A stretch of 63,742 nucleotides of DNA, the filler included, from Choristocarpus tenellus KU-1152 (lineage: Eukaryota > Protista > Phaeophyceae): assembly GCA_964200185.2 (NCBI GenBank). It is 10 parts of 10 records of this genome, joined end to end, with 100 filler letters (N's around TTAATTAATTAA, not from the genome) between each part and the next. Parts side by side here need not be neighbours in the genome. Positions count along the whole stretch, not along the records: positions 1 to 5,443 come from CAXNAD020010758.1; positions 5,544 to 12,445 come from CAXNAD020007104.1; positions 12,546 to 26,107 come from CAXNAD020001450.1; 7 more parts are not named here. One strand, given 5' to 3'. Position numbers and translations under genes: made by a program. Below are positions 1 through 13,218 of this stretch, one piece after another (positions within the stretch are counted from its first letter, which is position 1; each line of letters begins with the position of its first letter). Below the pieces are notes generated by a model. The model did no database searches. It was not told where the DNA came from and worked only from the letters and a program-made list of their open reading frames with translations.

Positions 1-689
1 AAAAAGGCATCCAAAAAAAAAAAAGAGCAGGTTTACTCTTGTAGCCTTTGTCTGAAATAGGACAAGATTTTACTCTTCTGTACAATTCATAAAAAAAATA
101 CATTATCAGGAAAAAATATTTTGGGATCCTGTCATCTTTTCCACAAGGTAATTTCTACTTCAAAATTTAATTCCGTTCCCACAAAGACTTCACTACTGAA
201 ATTGTAAAAAATTGACGGACCATACCACCTGAAACACAATGAAGACTTCAAAAACACAAAATAAATCAAACGGAAAATGCGCAGAGCTTTCTTGTGATAG
301 CAAACACTGAAAACAACTTAACACAAGTGTATATCATCTTGCCCCATCTATCCCCATTTTAAAAAACGGCATGGACAACCCTAACCCTCAATGCCAAATG
401 AAAAACAAATTTGTACTACATATTCAGGCTACGACCAAAGTTCAGACCATGTATCAACAGCAAATCACACAGCTCTATATGGCATGTAATTCAAAAATTC
501 CAGACTACTACAAACGATATTTGTGTTTGTCATCCCATACAAGGGCATGGCTGTGAAGGAGCATGCCCTAGCTATTGAAAGTGCATAAATGATCATTTTT
601 AACACAATGTTAAAAGGAGACATTGCTTTCTATACCCCTAACACTTCAGTGACCAATACAAGAAACAAAGTGCACGCCAACAGAACACA

Positions 690-852
690 CATAATACATA
701 TTAAATAATACATATTAAATAATATATATAAATGATACACATAAATAATACATATTAAATAATACATATAAATGATACACATAAATAATACATATTAAAT
801 AATACATATAAATGATACACATAAATAATACATATTAAATAATATATATAAA
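690..852. repeat. AT-rich minisatellite, 40-bp period built from 13-14-bp subunits
   Basis: aatgatacac recurs at 731, 771 and 811; unit aaatgatacacataaataatacatattaaataatacatat. Confidence 0.85.
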
Positions 853-1187
853 ATACCTTTGCACAAGAAGCACTTCTTTCTTTAGAATATATGATACTGT
901 AAAACATTTTGCTCAAGCAGAATATTCAAAACTTGACCTGTGATTCAACTCCGTTCTTGCAGCCCTCTGAAGCAACTACATCAGAGTACTCCAGAGCACC
1001 ACAGAGCTACCAAAATACATCAAACGTAAAGTGATAAGTGGGACGGATTTTCCCCTCGTAACTGCAGTTAGAAGAGTGTAACGCCTCTGATGCAGCTAAT
1101 ATACCAACTCATTGTTATACTCATCCATCTAGTAGATAATTAATGTCAGTACTCCACAGATCAACCCTCAAACCAGTCGCCTGTCAC

Positions 1188-4119
1188 CTTGAGGAAAACA
1201 ATATCCTTGAACTGCTCACTCAATGCCTCGAACTTGGGGAAGATGACCTTGCAAGGACCACACCACGTAGTTGAATAATCCACAACCACCAGTCCACCAT
1301 TAGGAGCACTCACGATCTTGTCTAGTTCTGCCTCAGATCCCACCTTCAAGTCAGCATTGAGGTTTGAGGTATGGTTGCATTTACCACCACAGGTGAAGCA
1401 GCTGCAGTAACATGACATTTAAAATGATGACAGATATCCCCAATTTAAAATATTGATGTCATTCTTTGAGGGGGGGGGGGGGGGATATTGCTAAAAAAAA
1501 AAAAAGAGGGGAGAGAAACAGAGTTGGTTATTGTTTTTTTTNNNNNNNNNNGTCATTCGTTGGGGGGGGGGGGGAATAGTTCCAATAATCAAAGGAGAGG
1601 AGAGATAAACAGTTGATGCTATTGACTTGTTTTGATATAAAAGCCTTCCTATTGGTCACATATCTGCTTTGGGCATGTGTCGTTTATCTCTCAACCAACC
1701 TCATAATAAATCCGGAGCAACATCATCTTCAGGTCAAAGAACGGAGTGATAAGGGAAAGGGGAAGGATCGATCGAGTTGATAGGCATTGCTCAAAAAACT
1801 ACCCCTGGTGCTGAACAAGAGATCAACAGCATGGTCATAATAGCATTGCACTCAACATTGGTGTGTTCTATAATGCTGGACGAAAAACAGCTTTACTCAA
1901 AAATAACTGAGAAACTCGCCTCCCACAATACAGTAACTCCATACGAAGCTACTTTAATATACTCACACACTTGACACTGCAGATGGTATCAACAACCTTG
2001 TGTAGTTGCCACGAGTATTCTAGTCACCTACATCCATGACCCCAAACCAGTCTCCTATGGATATTGCAACACATCTCACCAATTGTGTTGTGTGAACATG
2101 TTTCTCAGTTAACTCAACTCCATGCAGTAAGATTAGTTCTGCACTATCATTAGGAGACATTCACTCCAAACAACGCCGGCATGCACAAAACAGTACTAAA
2201 TGTACCAACTGTCAACACTCTCTGGACAATATGCAGTGCAGTGCCAACGAAGCACCAACTGCCTTCAGAGTAGTACTTCACAGGTGTACTTGAGGAAACT
2301 TGTGTCTTCCTACTACTGTGCAGTGCAAGAATCGCAAATCTAGAATCAAAAGACGATTGCATTGCAAGCGAACACCAATTGGAACTAAGTTGTTTTTGTT
2401 ACTTATTTCCAACAAAGTGGACACAATCATCTACAAAGAATAGTATCATAATAGTGCTGCATGAAAGAGAAAAAAATTCAAGTTCACTACAAACTCCACT
2501 ACTTGGACTAGACAAAACGTATTTTACGTCATTGGCCACAGCCCCAGGCAGGTGATAGGCAGAGCTCCACAATCTCTAAGTACAACAGGACTACAGGACT
2601 ACAGCACTACAGCACTACAGCACTACGGCACTACAGCCCTCCTCCTGAAAGTAAAAATTTTCAAGCCCTTCACTTCAATGCATGTTCTTTCTTTATGGGA
2701 TAGTGAGGGACAGTTCAGGGCAAAAACCATAAATGAGGTCATCAAATACTGGAGCGCAATGATTTCAGCCATGAGAAGATATTCTTTTTAGAAGAGTCCC
2801 ACTACAATAAGGGTAATGCCAATGCACTTCTAGATAGGCGTTCACATGGATAGAAGCAACACTTATTCTCAAGTGCCTGCATTTCAGCAGATATATGAGC
2901 ACCTTGCCAGTGAGTTGGTTGTGACTAGAGGTGTGGCTTCATAGCTAAGCATACTCAATAAATAGCTTTGAAGGGGAATGAAATTGTCATCATCATCAGC
3001 ACTTCAAGGATTTCGCCAAGAGGCTCAGACAAGATGGCAACCAAAACGTGCAATTACACGTTTATTTCTCAACTACCGCTTAAGGGTCCACATCTCGGGA
3101 GAAAAGCTTCGTACATCAGCGAGGAGAAGTGCGCCATAGGACATTTCGAAAGGAATTGATCTATTGGGTTTTGTGACTCGGATTGGGACATGCATAGGGA
3201 CAGCAAAGTCAAACGTCAAGTTCGAAGAGTCTAAATATTGTTGTTGACACCGCATCACTCGTGATTCTGGACTAGAGTGAAGCAAGGCGATCGCCTCGAT
3301 CGAAAACCAAGAATACATCATTAAAATTGTACCCCAAGCAAATAACGAGCGTTGGACACCTACACGATCTGGTTGGGACCAAAATTCTGCTGGCATGGTA
3401 CTCGAACTTACTGTGCATCCAGGATGGTGAACAGGGGGTAGAATCACATTAGTAAGACACAATTGGTGGTCTACACATATCAGAAGTGATTTGATGTGGT
3501 CAAGAATATCATGTTGGGCAGTAAGGTCAACGATCGATTGCAACGTTCGCCAGATCGAGATTGCACCCAACCGAAGAGTGATCTGACCAGTCTAGCATCT
3601 ACGATCGAGCTACAATGTCGCGCAAATGTGTCGATTGCATGCATACTCAAGCATGACGACTGAGGGGACAGAATTGCAAGGCTTAATCGTAATTTGTTTA
3701 TCACATTGATAGTGATGACCTGAGCCAGGTCAGCAAATCGATGTTCGTCATATCTGTGGCCACCAATTTAACCATATTATCAAAGAAATAAGTAATTTAG
3801 ATTCGCACTGGAATTATACTCTACGCAGACAATGACTACAAATCACACCATGTGGGAACTTCATTGTGGTTCCCACGTCACACCCTGCAATTGGCCGCCG
3901 AAGGTTACAGGCCTTCTCTTCCAGCCCAAGTACCGATTGAGGCGGAAATTTGAAGCTCACCTCAATGACAGCCATGGACGGTCTGCACAAGGACCTCGAT
4001 GACCGAGAACATGAGTTTCGCGACACACCCATTCCAGCAAAAGCAGAGGGGGAGATGTACGCCGACACAACTCCCAGGCAGGCCACAAGCGCCAATATCA
4101 GAACCTTCGAGAAAGACAT
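1188..4119 (-). CDS. TRX: Plastid-targeted thioredoxin (Trx-f-like), 3'-partial; exons 4119-3961 and 1343-1188
   Basis: Exon 1 is MSFSKVLILALVACLGVVSA-YISPSAF...SMAVIE (signal peptide plus Ser/Arg-rich transit peptide) and ends GAG|gtgagc. Exon 2 begins aag|GTG and encodes VGSEAELDKIV...VVDYSTTWCGPCKVIFPKFEALSEQFKDIVFLK, with the WCGPC active site. The join is phase 0. No C-terminal exon was found in 1-1187. Confidence 0.88.
2590..2637. repeat. 8-bp tandem repeat (ACTACAGC)n in the thioredoxin intron
   Basis: actacagg actacagc actacagc actacagc actacggc actacagc. Confidence 0.8.
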
Positions 4120-4995
4120 CCGTGCTCCTGCTAATCGTTCAAGTTAGGCTAAGCTATGTAAAGGGATGTTTAGCTCCTACTCCAGATTCGATCGAAGCCT
4201 TGCACGGATGTTGCTTTATCTACAAACAATAGTAGTACCTTGAAGAGGATCACCCTTTGTTTCACATGTATCTCAATAAACATGCGCGCAATATGCGCGC
4301 ATGTGGTTACACACACAACTTGTCTGACGTCACCATGACTAGGATATTTGTACGTGATATGAACCGATCGACGCTATTTATTATTATCTCCTATGACATT
4401 TTCTAGATGAGTCGGGGGAAAACCAATCAAAAATCGTTCACATGTCAGAAAAAAAAACAAGTATATTTGTATGTGAACCCATCAAGGTATGTTACATAGA
4501 AACTTTTCTCTTATGATCGTAAGAGTATGAGAGAGTTTGCATATGGAAAAACGTAAGTCAGGTGGACAAGAGAAGAAATATGTCCATGGTAGACAACCTC
4601 GACAAGCAAGGGATCACACTAGTAGTTTAAGGATGGCATAAAGAAGGACAAATGACTATCAAAGATAGTACGAGTGTGGTTAGCAGTACAACAACCTTCA
4701 TGGTAAATTTGCATTCGAAGGAAGCTAGTTGTAGCTGATGATATATGCCATGCTAGAACAGCAGATAAGGCAGCACAAACAAGCAATACCACATACAACC
4801 ATCAAGTCTGCTGAAAGCAGCGGCTTCTCGTTGTTTTTCTCTGTTGGGGTTGACGAGTTTTTGTGTCCCTCCTTTCCCCTTCCCTTTTGTGAGCATTGTT
4901 TTTGCAGGTTAGATGAACTGGTACATCCAAAGCTATTGTAGCTGTTCAGAGCACATCTGGTTTTCTTTGTTGCCCTTGAAGAAACAATGGTTGTT

Positions 4996-4997
<2 letters not shown>

Positions 4998-5030
<33 letters not shown>

Positions 5031-5043
5031 TCTCTCTCCCTCT
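4998..5043. repeat. (CT)n microsatellite
   Basis: Direct read of the sequence. Confidence 0.9.
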
Positions 5044-5305
5044 TTCTTCTGCCTATATTTATCTTTTCCTTTTGTCACTGCTTTTTTTCTTAGATGGTGC
5101 TTGTTGCATTTCTCAAGCATTGTGTATTGCCAGCCTTCTGACTACCTTTCGACTACGGGTCTGGGACCCCTCAAACTAACTAGAAAAGTATCAGTAGCTA
5201 TGACTAGAGGCACTAAGTGGTAGATATTTATGTGATTGGCGTCACACACACACCCTTCCCTTCTTTCTATAACCCTCACTTCTACCTGTAGTCCAACCAT
5301 TTTTG

Positions 5306-5443
5306 GGGTCAAAGTATCTGGGGGGGGTTGCGGCTGTCCATTTGGGACCAATTTTTTTATGTCGCGATTTTTGGGTGATTTGGTTCCATGCGCTGGATGG
5401 ATAATGAAAGTGCACTTTTCCTGGTTTTGGTCCAAATGGACAC
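5306..5443 (+). mobile_element. G-tract MITE (family B), truncated by contig end
   Basis: GGGTCAAAGTATCTGGGGGGGG...GTCCATTTGG...CCAAATGGAC; homologous (reverse complement) to 36948-37131. Confidence 0.75.
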
Positions 5444-5543
5444 NNNNNNNNNNNNNNNNNNNNNNNNNNNNNNNNNNNNNNNNNNNNTTAATTAATTAAN
5501 NNNNNNNNNNNNNNNNNNNNNNNNNNNNNNNNNNNNNNNNNNN
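5444..5543. other. Artificial contig spacer N44-TTAATTAATTAA-N44; also at 12446-12545, 26108-26207, 32333-32432, 36174-36273, 39443-39542, 45711-45810, 53147-53246 and 61086-61185
   Basis: Nine identical 100-bp spacers. The palindromic 12-mer gives stop codons in all six frames. Confidence 0.97.
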
Positions 5544-6535
5544 ATGCCTGGCTGGTCATAGGAGACGAGATAGAATGGGGTGTGAGAGGTAAGGGGGCAA
5601 AGGGGGGGGGGCATAGGATGTAGTACAAGATGGAGGTTGTGGGCCAGAAGGATGTCAACCCTTATTTCAACAAAAATAAACGTATTTTTCATGCAACAGC
5701 ACTTGCAGGGAGAGTCCATGCAGAAGGACACCCAAGAAGGCGAGCTGTTGAACAAAGAAGAGGTCCCAATGTTTGATACAGAAGAAGGCTAGGCAAAAGG
5801 CACAAAAAAAGGAACAGTTGACCGGAATAATATCCAGCATTGTCAGAGGGTAGCTAGCCTTCACACATATAGACTAAAAAGTACACTTCACATTAGAACC
5901 TCGTTTTTTTTAAATCTTATGTTAGAACCCCCTCCTTGACCATTACACAACCTTCAGAGGTAACACACAAGTAGGCCAAAACATGAACATACAACTCCTC
6001 CCTCTGTATCAGCAGCGCACCCTTGAAGCTCCTGCAACCGTAGTAAAAGTATGCCTTTGATTATTTGATTACCCAAGTATTCAACCAAAACCATTATCAT
6101 GAAGAGTTATTGGCACTTCAAGCCAGAGATAAAATCAAGGACTGCTCTTCAACGACTTCGGGTTTTTTCCCCTCCAACATCTTTGGGCACCAATCCCTTG
6201 AAAACATTAAAGCACACACACAATTCACTTTGAAATCTAAAAAAAAATCCATACACAAGCAATAGACGGAGAGGGGCGACCGACATTGCACCACCCTACA
6301 CGAACCAACAAGGCTTACCTTTCTAGAATCCTCATCGCAATCCACACCCAAGTCATCATCAAATACTACGGACACTATATATTATATTGACGAAAAAAAA
6401 AACAGAATAAGGCCACAGCAGACGCCTTCCATGATCCAGGACTGAGAGATCCCTCCCCCTCCCTCCCTCTACCAGTAACAAAAATACACCCAAGCAGTGA
6501 CAGAAGAAGGCAAGACAGGGAGGAAGGGGACTTAC

Positions 6536-8581
6536 CTGAGTATCCTCCGGCTGCTTGAGGAAGAGCTTCACTGTGGCTGTGAGTAACTGCAGCTGAACCT
6601 CTGCTGACTCCTCCTCAAAGGTCTCCAGGAAATGGTCTAGCTGCTCGTCTGCATTATCTATGCGCTCTGCATACTCACCAATGATCCAGATGATGCTTGC
6701 CTAAGGGTTAGGGTTAGTAAAAAAGCACCACCGTGGCAGAATCAAATGAGCCATTGCATGCATTGCCAGAGTGAGAGTAAGGGATGGGGGTGGAAAGAGG
6801 CCAAGGATTCATGTAAGACGGAACTAAAGAGCTTGGGGTGCTTGTGTGTGCGGGGAGGGGGGGGGGGATGGAGCGAAACAGGATTCCATTGGTCTAGGCT
6901 AGAGGATTACTGTTAATGTCCAACACTAAGGGATGGAAATACAGAGCACAAGTGAGATATCGGCAAATCCATATATATCAAGAGGGGATATGAGCACTCC
7001 TATTGGACTACTTGAGGATATCTCCTTATTGTTTCTCTCTCAAGACAAAAGAGGTGGGTAACAGGCAGGGCAAGTGAGGGGCAGGAGGGGAGGGGGGAAG
7101 GAGCATGAGCAATGTCTACCAACAAAACAAGTTACAGGGCCAAACCATGCTTGTGCAGGCACCATCATAGTCTACCCCCGGGTTTACAAGAGGCTTAGAC
7201 AATTGTATGGGAGTATACTTTACCCAATTCCCTCAGGAATAAAGCATCAATATCAAAAACCCACAAAGAACTATGTTCCATGAAAAGGTTCTCTACACCC
7301 AATCCACCATCACCTAACTCTACACCACAAAAACCTGTACAACTTCCTCCTGTTGTTTGTTGCATCTCACAAACAATACATCGAATGTACCACTTCATGC
7401 TCCAATGCCCTGCCCCCGAACTCCAATATTTCAATCTGTTCCCCACAGTATGTGCAACACATACTTCAGGGTGGGGGTGAAGGTTGGAGAAAACAGACCT
7501 TAGCCTCCGGCTCATCCAGGGTATCCAGGTTTTCGCAGAGAGCGGAGATGATACTCTCATATCGATTGGGGTACTTTCGGAACACATCCTGTTGTTAGGG
7601 GCAAGGGCAACAGGGAGGAAAGGATTGCTCAAGTCTCTGGTGCTTGACAGCGGGGGGGCGAGGGGCGGGGCAAGGACGAAAGCCAACTTTTTCTTTGCAT
7701 CAGGCAAGCGAGCAAAGGTCAATGGAAACATTCACACACTATCCATAACATGAGATACAACAAAACTCGAGGTCCAACATAAAACATAAAAAATGAAGTA
7801 CCTACCTCTGACATTATATATACATACATACCCAGTACATGGAGCAATAAATAGCCCACCCCCCTCACCTTCTACTCGAGGAAAGGAAATGTCTTATCTC
7901 TCACCTTGATCACAATGACAGCTTCCTGCAGGACGTAGTTGACCTTAGTCTGGATCAGCTCTAAGAGAACATTGATGCAGCGCTCAGCAGCACGCTCCAG
8001 CTGCAACATCAAACAGCAACAATCAGACAACAACGCGAAACAAACACCATCCACAAGTAACAACACTTTACAGCATCAGCAAAGGCCCAACTCATCATCA
8101 GCAGGCCACTGCGATGTCAACAGGGTAGTACTGAGGTGGGAAATGGCAGGGGTTCACCGGATTTCAAGACACAACTGTTTGGTGTGTACCATGAAGGCCT
8201 TCCTACCACCTCAACTACAACAAAAATAGAAAAAACTGTATGGTCCTAAATCATGGAAACAAGACAAAAACCCACGTTACCCTAACCTTGACCTTGACTC
8301 TCAGCAAAAAACAAAATTAAAACCAATACAGCAGTGGTTCCACAAAGAAAAAAATTGAGCAAGGAAGATGCAATAGCACCTCCTCTCTTCCGGTGTTAAT
8401 AATAATAACCTCGTCCTCACTCCCTGCTGCCATGCTCTCCCCCGAGAGCTCAAGCAGACCTCACCTTGATAGCACATCGTCCTATAGCTCTAACAGACTT
8501 ACGGACAAACTCGACATCAACTTCCTGTGCATATTCCTTAAGCTCCAGCAACACCTGATCAAAACATCCAACATAAACACA

Positions 8582-8614
<33 letters not shown>

Positions 8615-11446
8615 ATAGTAGACAAATGTAATCAATGCCTATCAATGTACGCACACATTGATAACTCTATTAGTGTGTGTTAAATGAAAGGTTCACTATC
8701 ACTATTCTTGTATCCACATCAGGCATCAATGATCACACGGCGGACCAACATGGCCCTTGGGATGGACTACAGACATACCGGTGGTAAGGGGGGGGGCAGG
8801 GTGAACAAACGCCTCTTCGATGAAACTAAAAAAAGGGATTCAGGAGGTAGGAAGGTTTGTGGGATATGCACACAGGCTGACTTAGCCAGGCGGGAAGCTG
8901 TGACAGAAGCATGAGTAGGGTCGGCAGCATCCCCTGCTTCCCAAGTCATAACAGATCAATTGCTACCTTGGGGGATAAGACACCCTATGACGATAACATC
9001 AATGAAAAAAGATTTTATGCAAAAACAATGCCGGATGGCAAAATAAAGCAACTACTTCCTCTCCTGCCCCTGGTGATCCAGCAAAGAGGTGACACTGACT
9101 GAAGCTACACACACCTTACGACAAACGAAACTGCAACACAGGTGGGCAACAAACTAAGTTCCTTATCAACATCTCGGACACATCCCAAGACCAAATGATA
9201 TCGCTGGGGTCATGTGGTTCAGGAGGGGGGTAGGAGTCCATCATATCGCTTGACCCGTGCTGGGGGGTCGTGGCACCCACAACACAAAAGAGCTGGAAAT
9301 GCAACAAACAAAAAAACATAGCTCATTCGCAGCATTTTTTAATCACATAGCAGCAGCCCACTTGCATACGCTCAATACGACAGTGGGAGTTAAACAACAT
9401 GCAGGAATAGAAAATATTTTAAAATATATATATATATTACGGAGAACTAACATACTTAACTATTTCATGTGTACTAATAGCAACATTTAGTGTGTGAGCC
9501 AAAGTATCTCTAGAGGTTAGAGCCGTGTCCATTTGGGGGCCAAAATCCAATGTTGCAATTTTGAGGTAATTTTGGTCACTGTGATCCACGTTCTGGACAC
9601 ACACCTTTTCATAATGTATACATTTTACCTACTCCTAAGCATTTGGGAGTAGGAAAATGTCATAAAAAAACATGGGAAGCCAAGCCCCAAATGGACAAAC
9701 AAGGTGAAACTTGTACCCTCTAAGATACTTTCACTCTTTACAGTACTTCAAAGCAACTCCTTATGTGAACATGACTGCTTACATGCAAAATGACCCAACA
9801 TCTCTGGGGAAAAAACAGTATCACAAATACTCTGGTAAAAAAAAAACACTTTTTTTCACCTGATCAATGTTCCTGTCATTTACCAAACGAATGATGGTCT
9901 CCAACTTCTCCATCTTCACATAGATTGGATCATTGTATTTGCAAAAGAACACCTGCGAGGGGAAAGATTCGAATTGGGATGGGTTTGGGGGGGGGGGGGG
10001 GGGGGGGGGAAAAAAAAAAAGAAAAGAGGGGACAAAAGGGAAAAAAAAAAAACGCCCAAAAAAAAAGGGGGGGGGGGGGGGGAGGGGGGGGAGAGACATA
10101 CAACAGGAAAGACGTGACACAAGGGATGATCAAAATCAGCTCCAATAACAAGGAGGGGAATGGATAAATAGAGCAAGAAGAGAGAGCAAGGTTGGAGTAC
10201 CATAAAGCAAGGATTAGGGAGAGAGCATGTAATCCACTACATACACTCATCACCCTAATCTAGAAGTCAAAACCCCCATCACTGCCAGGGTTAACCCTGA
10301 TATTTATTTTTTTCAGGAGGAAAGTATGCAATGCCCCAGGAGAACAACGCCATCACTCCTACTCTAACTGCAAGTTATATCAACACTTTAAGTGGAAAAT
10401 TGATATCTCATAAAAAAAAAAGATGAGAGCCAGTCTCAACAAGAGCTGCACTAGCAAAAAAAGAGGGGACATGCAAACACATACAAGGACCTCAGGCTGT
10501 TACTCACAAAAAAATCTCAAGCACCTCACTGAACAAACACCTATCATCTCAATCCGCTTCTCCCCCTCCCCCTCCCACTGGCCATGCACAAACCTACATA
10601 AAACAGTACAGTCCTCTCTCATTTCCACCCCCTCAACCAGCACACCTTCCCCTCGCCCTCACTCCACGCCCCACTCAGCCACATCTCACTCAACCCAGTA
10701 ACTCTCTACTAATTTCACAACTAAAGCGTCCACACACACACACACACAGCCCTCTTATTCAACCTTGATCTCTGACTCAAGGATGCGCGGCCTCTTCTGC
10801 ACAATCAGGTTGATGTTTCGGAGAGCTACATACTGAGTTTCCGGCTCAGAGTTCAGCAATGTGACCAGTGGAGGAGCCAGCTTGCGGCTGAACGTGCGAA
10901 CAGTATCATTGTTAGTCACATGGTCCAGGTACGCCAGGGTTACCTTAACAATGGAACAATGGAACATGCAGAGGCACCAAGGGGCGACAAGTGTGGGTGT
11001 GGGTGTAGAACAGGGTGACACCAACGGGGTTAGTTCAGTGTTGACAGGGGAAAGGGGGTAGAAGGGTCGGAGATTACATGAGTTGACTTAACAAAAAAAA
11101 TTAGGAAATACTGGAAAGGGTGGGTGGGGTCAGGGTCAGGGTCAGGCATCGCATTTTGTCTTTTCTCCTCCACAGAGTATCAGAGTGTTGGTTCTACTCC
11201 AAGCGTGCGTCACAATAATCTCATGCCTCAAATAGTCACAAGCCAAGCAAGCAAATGCGGAGGGGCAGGAGGGGTGGACAGCAACCCCCTCATCGAAGGG
11301 CCGTAAGGGACAGAGATCACCTTCACTGCAGACATCACCACAGCAGAGTTGGCATGCTGAAGTCGTGGCGTGACACGTTCAATGATCCCCTCCGCCTCCC
11401 GACTGTCTGTGGGTGTATACTTGGCCAAGGAATCTAGGATATACAC
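6536..11446 (-). CDS. AP1B1: Beta-adaptin (AP-1/AP-2 complex beta subunit), internal part; exons 11446-11321, 10943-10764, 9952-9860, 8554-8465, 8000-7905, 7588-7499, 6700-6536
   Basis: The spliced product [10 protein letters not shown]...[20 protein letters not shown] / ...[32 protein letters not shown] / [18 protein letters not shown] / [30 protein letters not shown] / [32 protein letters not shown] / [30 protein letters not shown] / [19 protein letters not shown]...[21 protein letters not shown] is the conserved Adaptin_N trunk of beta1/beta2 adaptin. All introns are GT-AG and phase 0. Confidence 0.96.
9496..9736 (+). mobile_element. MITE family A copy in a beta-adaptin intron
   Basis: GAGCCAAAGTATCT...TAAGATACTTTCACTC terminal inverted repeats; homologous to ten other copies in the window. 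Confidence 0.85.
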
Positions 11447-13218
11447 CTGCACCAAGGGAGAAGAGCAAGCAACCACACCAACAGTGATTGTGCCGGTTTG
11501 CACAAGCAGTACAGTCAGTCGGTTTCATGTGGCAATCAGACCTGAATTGAGCGCCATTGACCCATAGTATCGAAATTTATTACATTCTAAAGAAGTACAA
11601 GGGGGGGGGGGATAGATAGAACCTGCTTCTTTCACCATACAAAAGCATGCTTTCGAAAGTCCTTCATAGGACTTTTTTTTCTTTCAAGATGTGTATGTGG
11701 CGGAAAATGTTAATGTACACAAATACAAACGTAGATCAAAGGACCAATCAGAAGGCGCCATTTTTCCTCTTGTGTGGATAGAAAAAAAGAGCACTGGCAC
11801 TACCTGTAAAGCAATTGCCAACATAGTACAATCAAAACATGACGTAAAAAACACTGCAACCTTGTCCAAGACAATCAAACCAAGTCCAAGAGATTAAAGA
11901 CCCCTAAGTACAAGCAATGGACTCCTAGAGCCCTACGAGCTCAACAATCGTTTCATACTTGTTACAAAATACTCTTGGCCCATCTCTCGTTGTGAAACTA
12001 GGCACCCAAAAATTGCTAATTCACATTCTGATTCTTTGACTGGGCATCCGGGGGAGAAAGCACCAAAGTGTGGGAATAGTGATTCCCATGTCCAAACATG
12101 TACATTTTCTTTGATCTACAATATATATATCAAGCTTGAACAAACTTAAGGTATGTATGTATTCCCCTTGCTTGAGATAAGCATCAATTGGAAGTCAACA
12201 AAATGTGTAAAAATGGTATTGAAATGACATGTCAGATAACAGAAAAATCAGTATATACCCACAACAGAAAACGTTTTCTCTGAAGTCGACTCAAGAATCA
12301 AAATAAGAATAAGCCACATAAATCCTGAGAAATGATACTCAGCACAAGGCAACAGCAATTTTAGATACTTGATTTTGGTACCACAAGCTCCCCCAACCCC
12401 ACACACATCCCCCCCACCCACACTACCCCCAGCCCACACCCTCACNNNNNNNNNNNNNNNNNNNNNNNNNNNNNNNNNNNNNNNNNNNNTTAATTAATTA
12501 ANNNNNNNNNNNNNNNNNNNNNNNNNNNNNNNNNNNNNNNNNNNNCAGGCAAAACCCCAAGTGTTCACCCATAACACCCCCCCCTCCCCCCCCCCACAAG
12601 CATATCTGTGGAGTATGTAGAGTCCTAAAAATGAACCTTAGGAAAGCCACCCTAAGAAATAAGGATTGTACCAACTGCAGATAGTATAGGAACCAATGAT
12701 GGGGTGAAAGGGAAAACCCTAACTCACCCAAAACGTGGGTTGATATCTTACTTTTTCTTGCTCTTAAACAAGCCCCCCTTCAAAGAAAGCCCTCCTGTCA
12801 GGACCGCCTCATATGCCTCCGACATAGCCGCAAACACCTGAGCCTAGGCCGAGACAGAGCAGATGATATTATCCCTAGCTTATTAGACCCAACTGTTGAT
12901 GTCGTGTTGTGTTATCTGTATAGATGTTGAGGTAACTTGTGTGTTAACTCCAATGTTTTAAAAATAATTAAATATAATAGAGGTTCCTTCCAAAAACGGT
13001 ACTAGCACTAGACTGATACAGCACACAGTACTGCTATTGTACCTGCTTAGTCACGTTTCCCCACCACACGACCTTTGTGATTCCTACAGGTTGCAACCGC
13101 TCTGGCGAAGTCGGTCGACACGCTCAAATTTTGTTTTGAAAGTACCAGTCTCTGCTAAAATCGAGTGAAAGTGGAGAAGGGAGAAGGGAGAAGGGAGAAG
13201 GGTAGGTTCAATCTGTCC

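Noticed and set aside
3073-3704. 165-aa and 74-aa ORFs in the thioredoxin intron
   Set aside because: No recognisable motif; probably chance or unidentifiable TE debris.
9821-10253. Poly-Pro/Gly/Lys/Phe ORFs
   Set aside because: They are translations of intronic homopolymer tracts upstream of a beta-adaptin exon.
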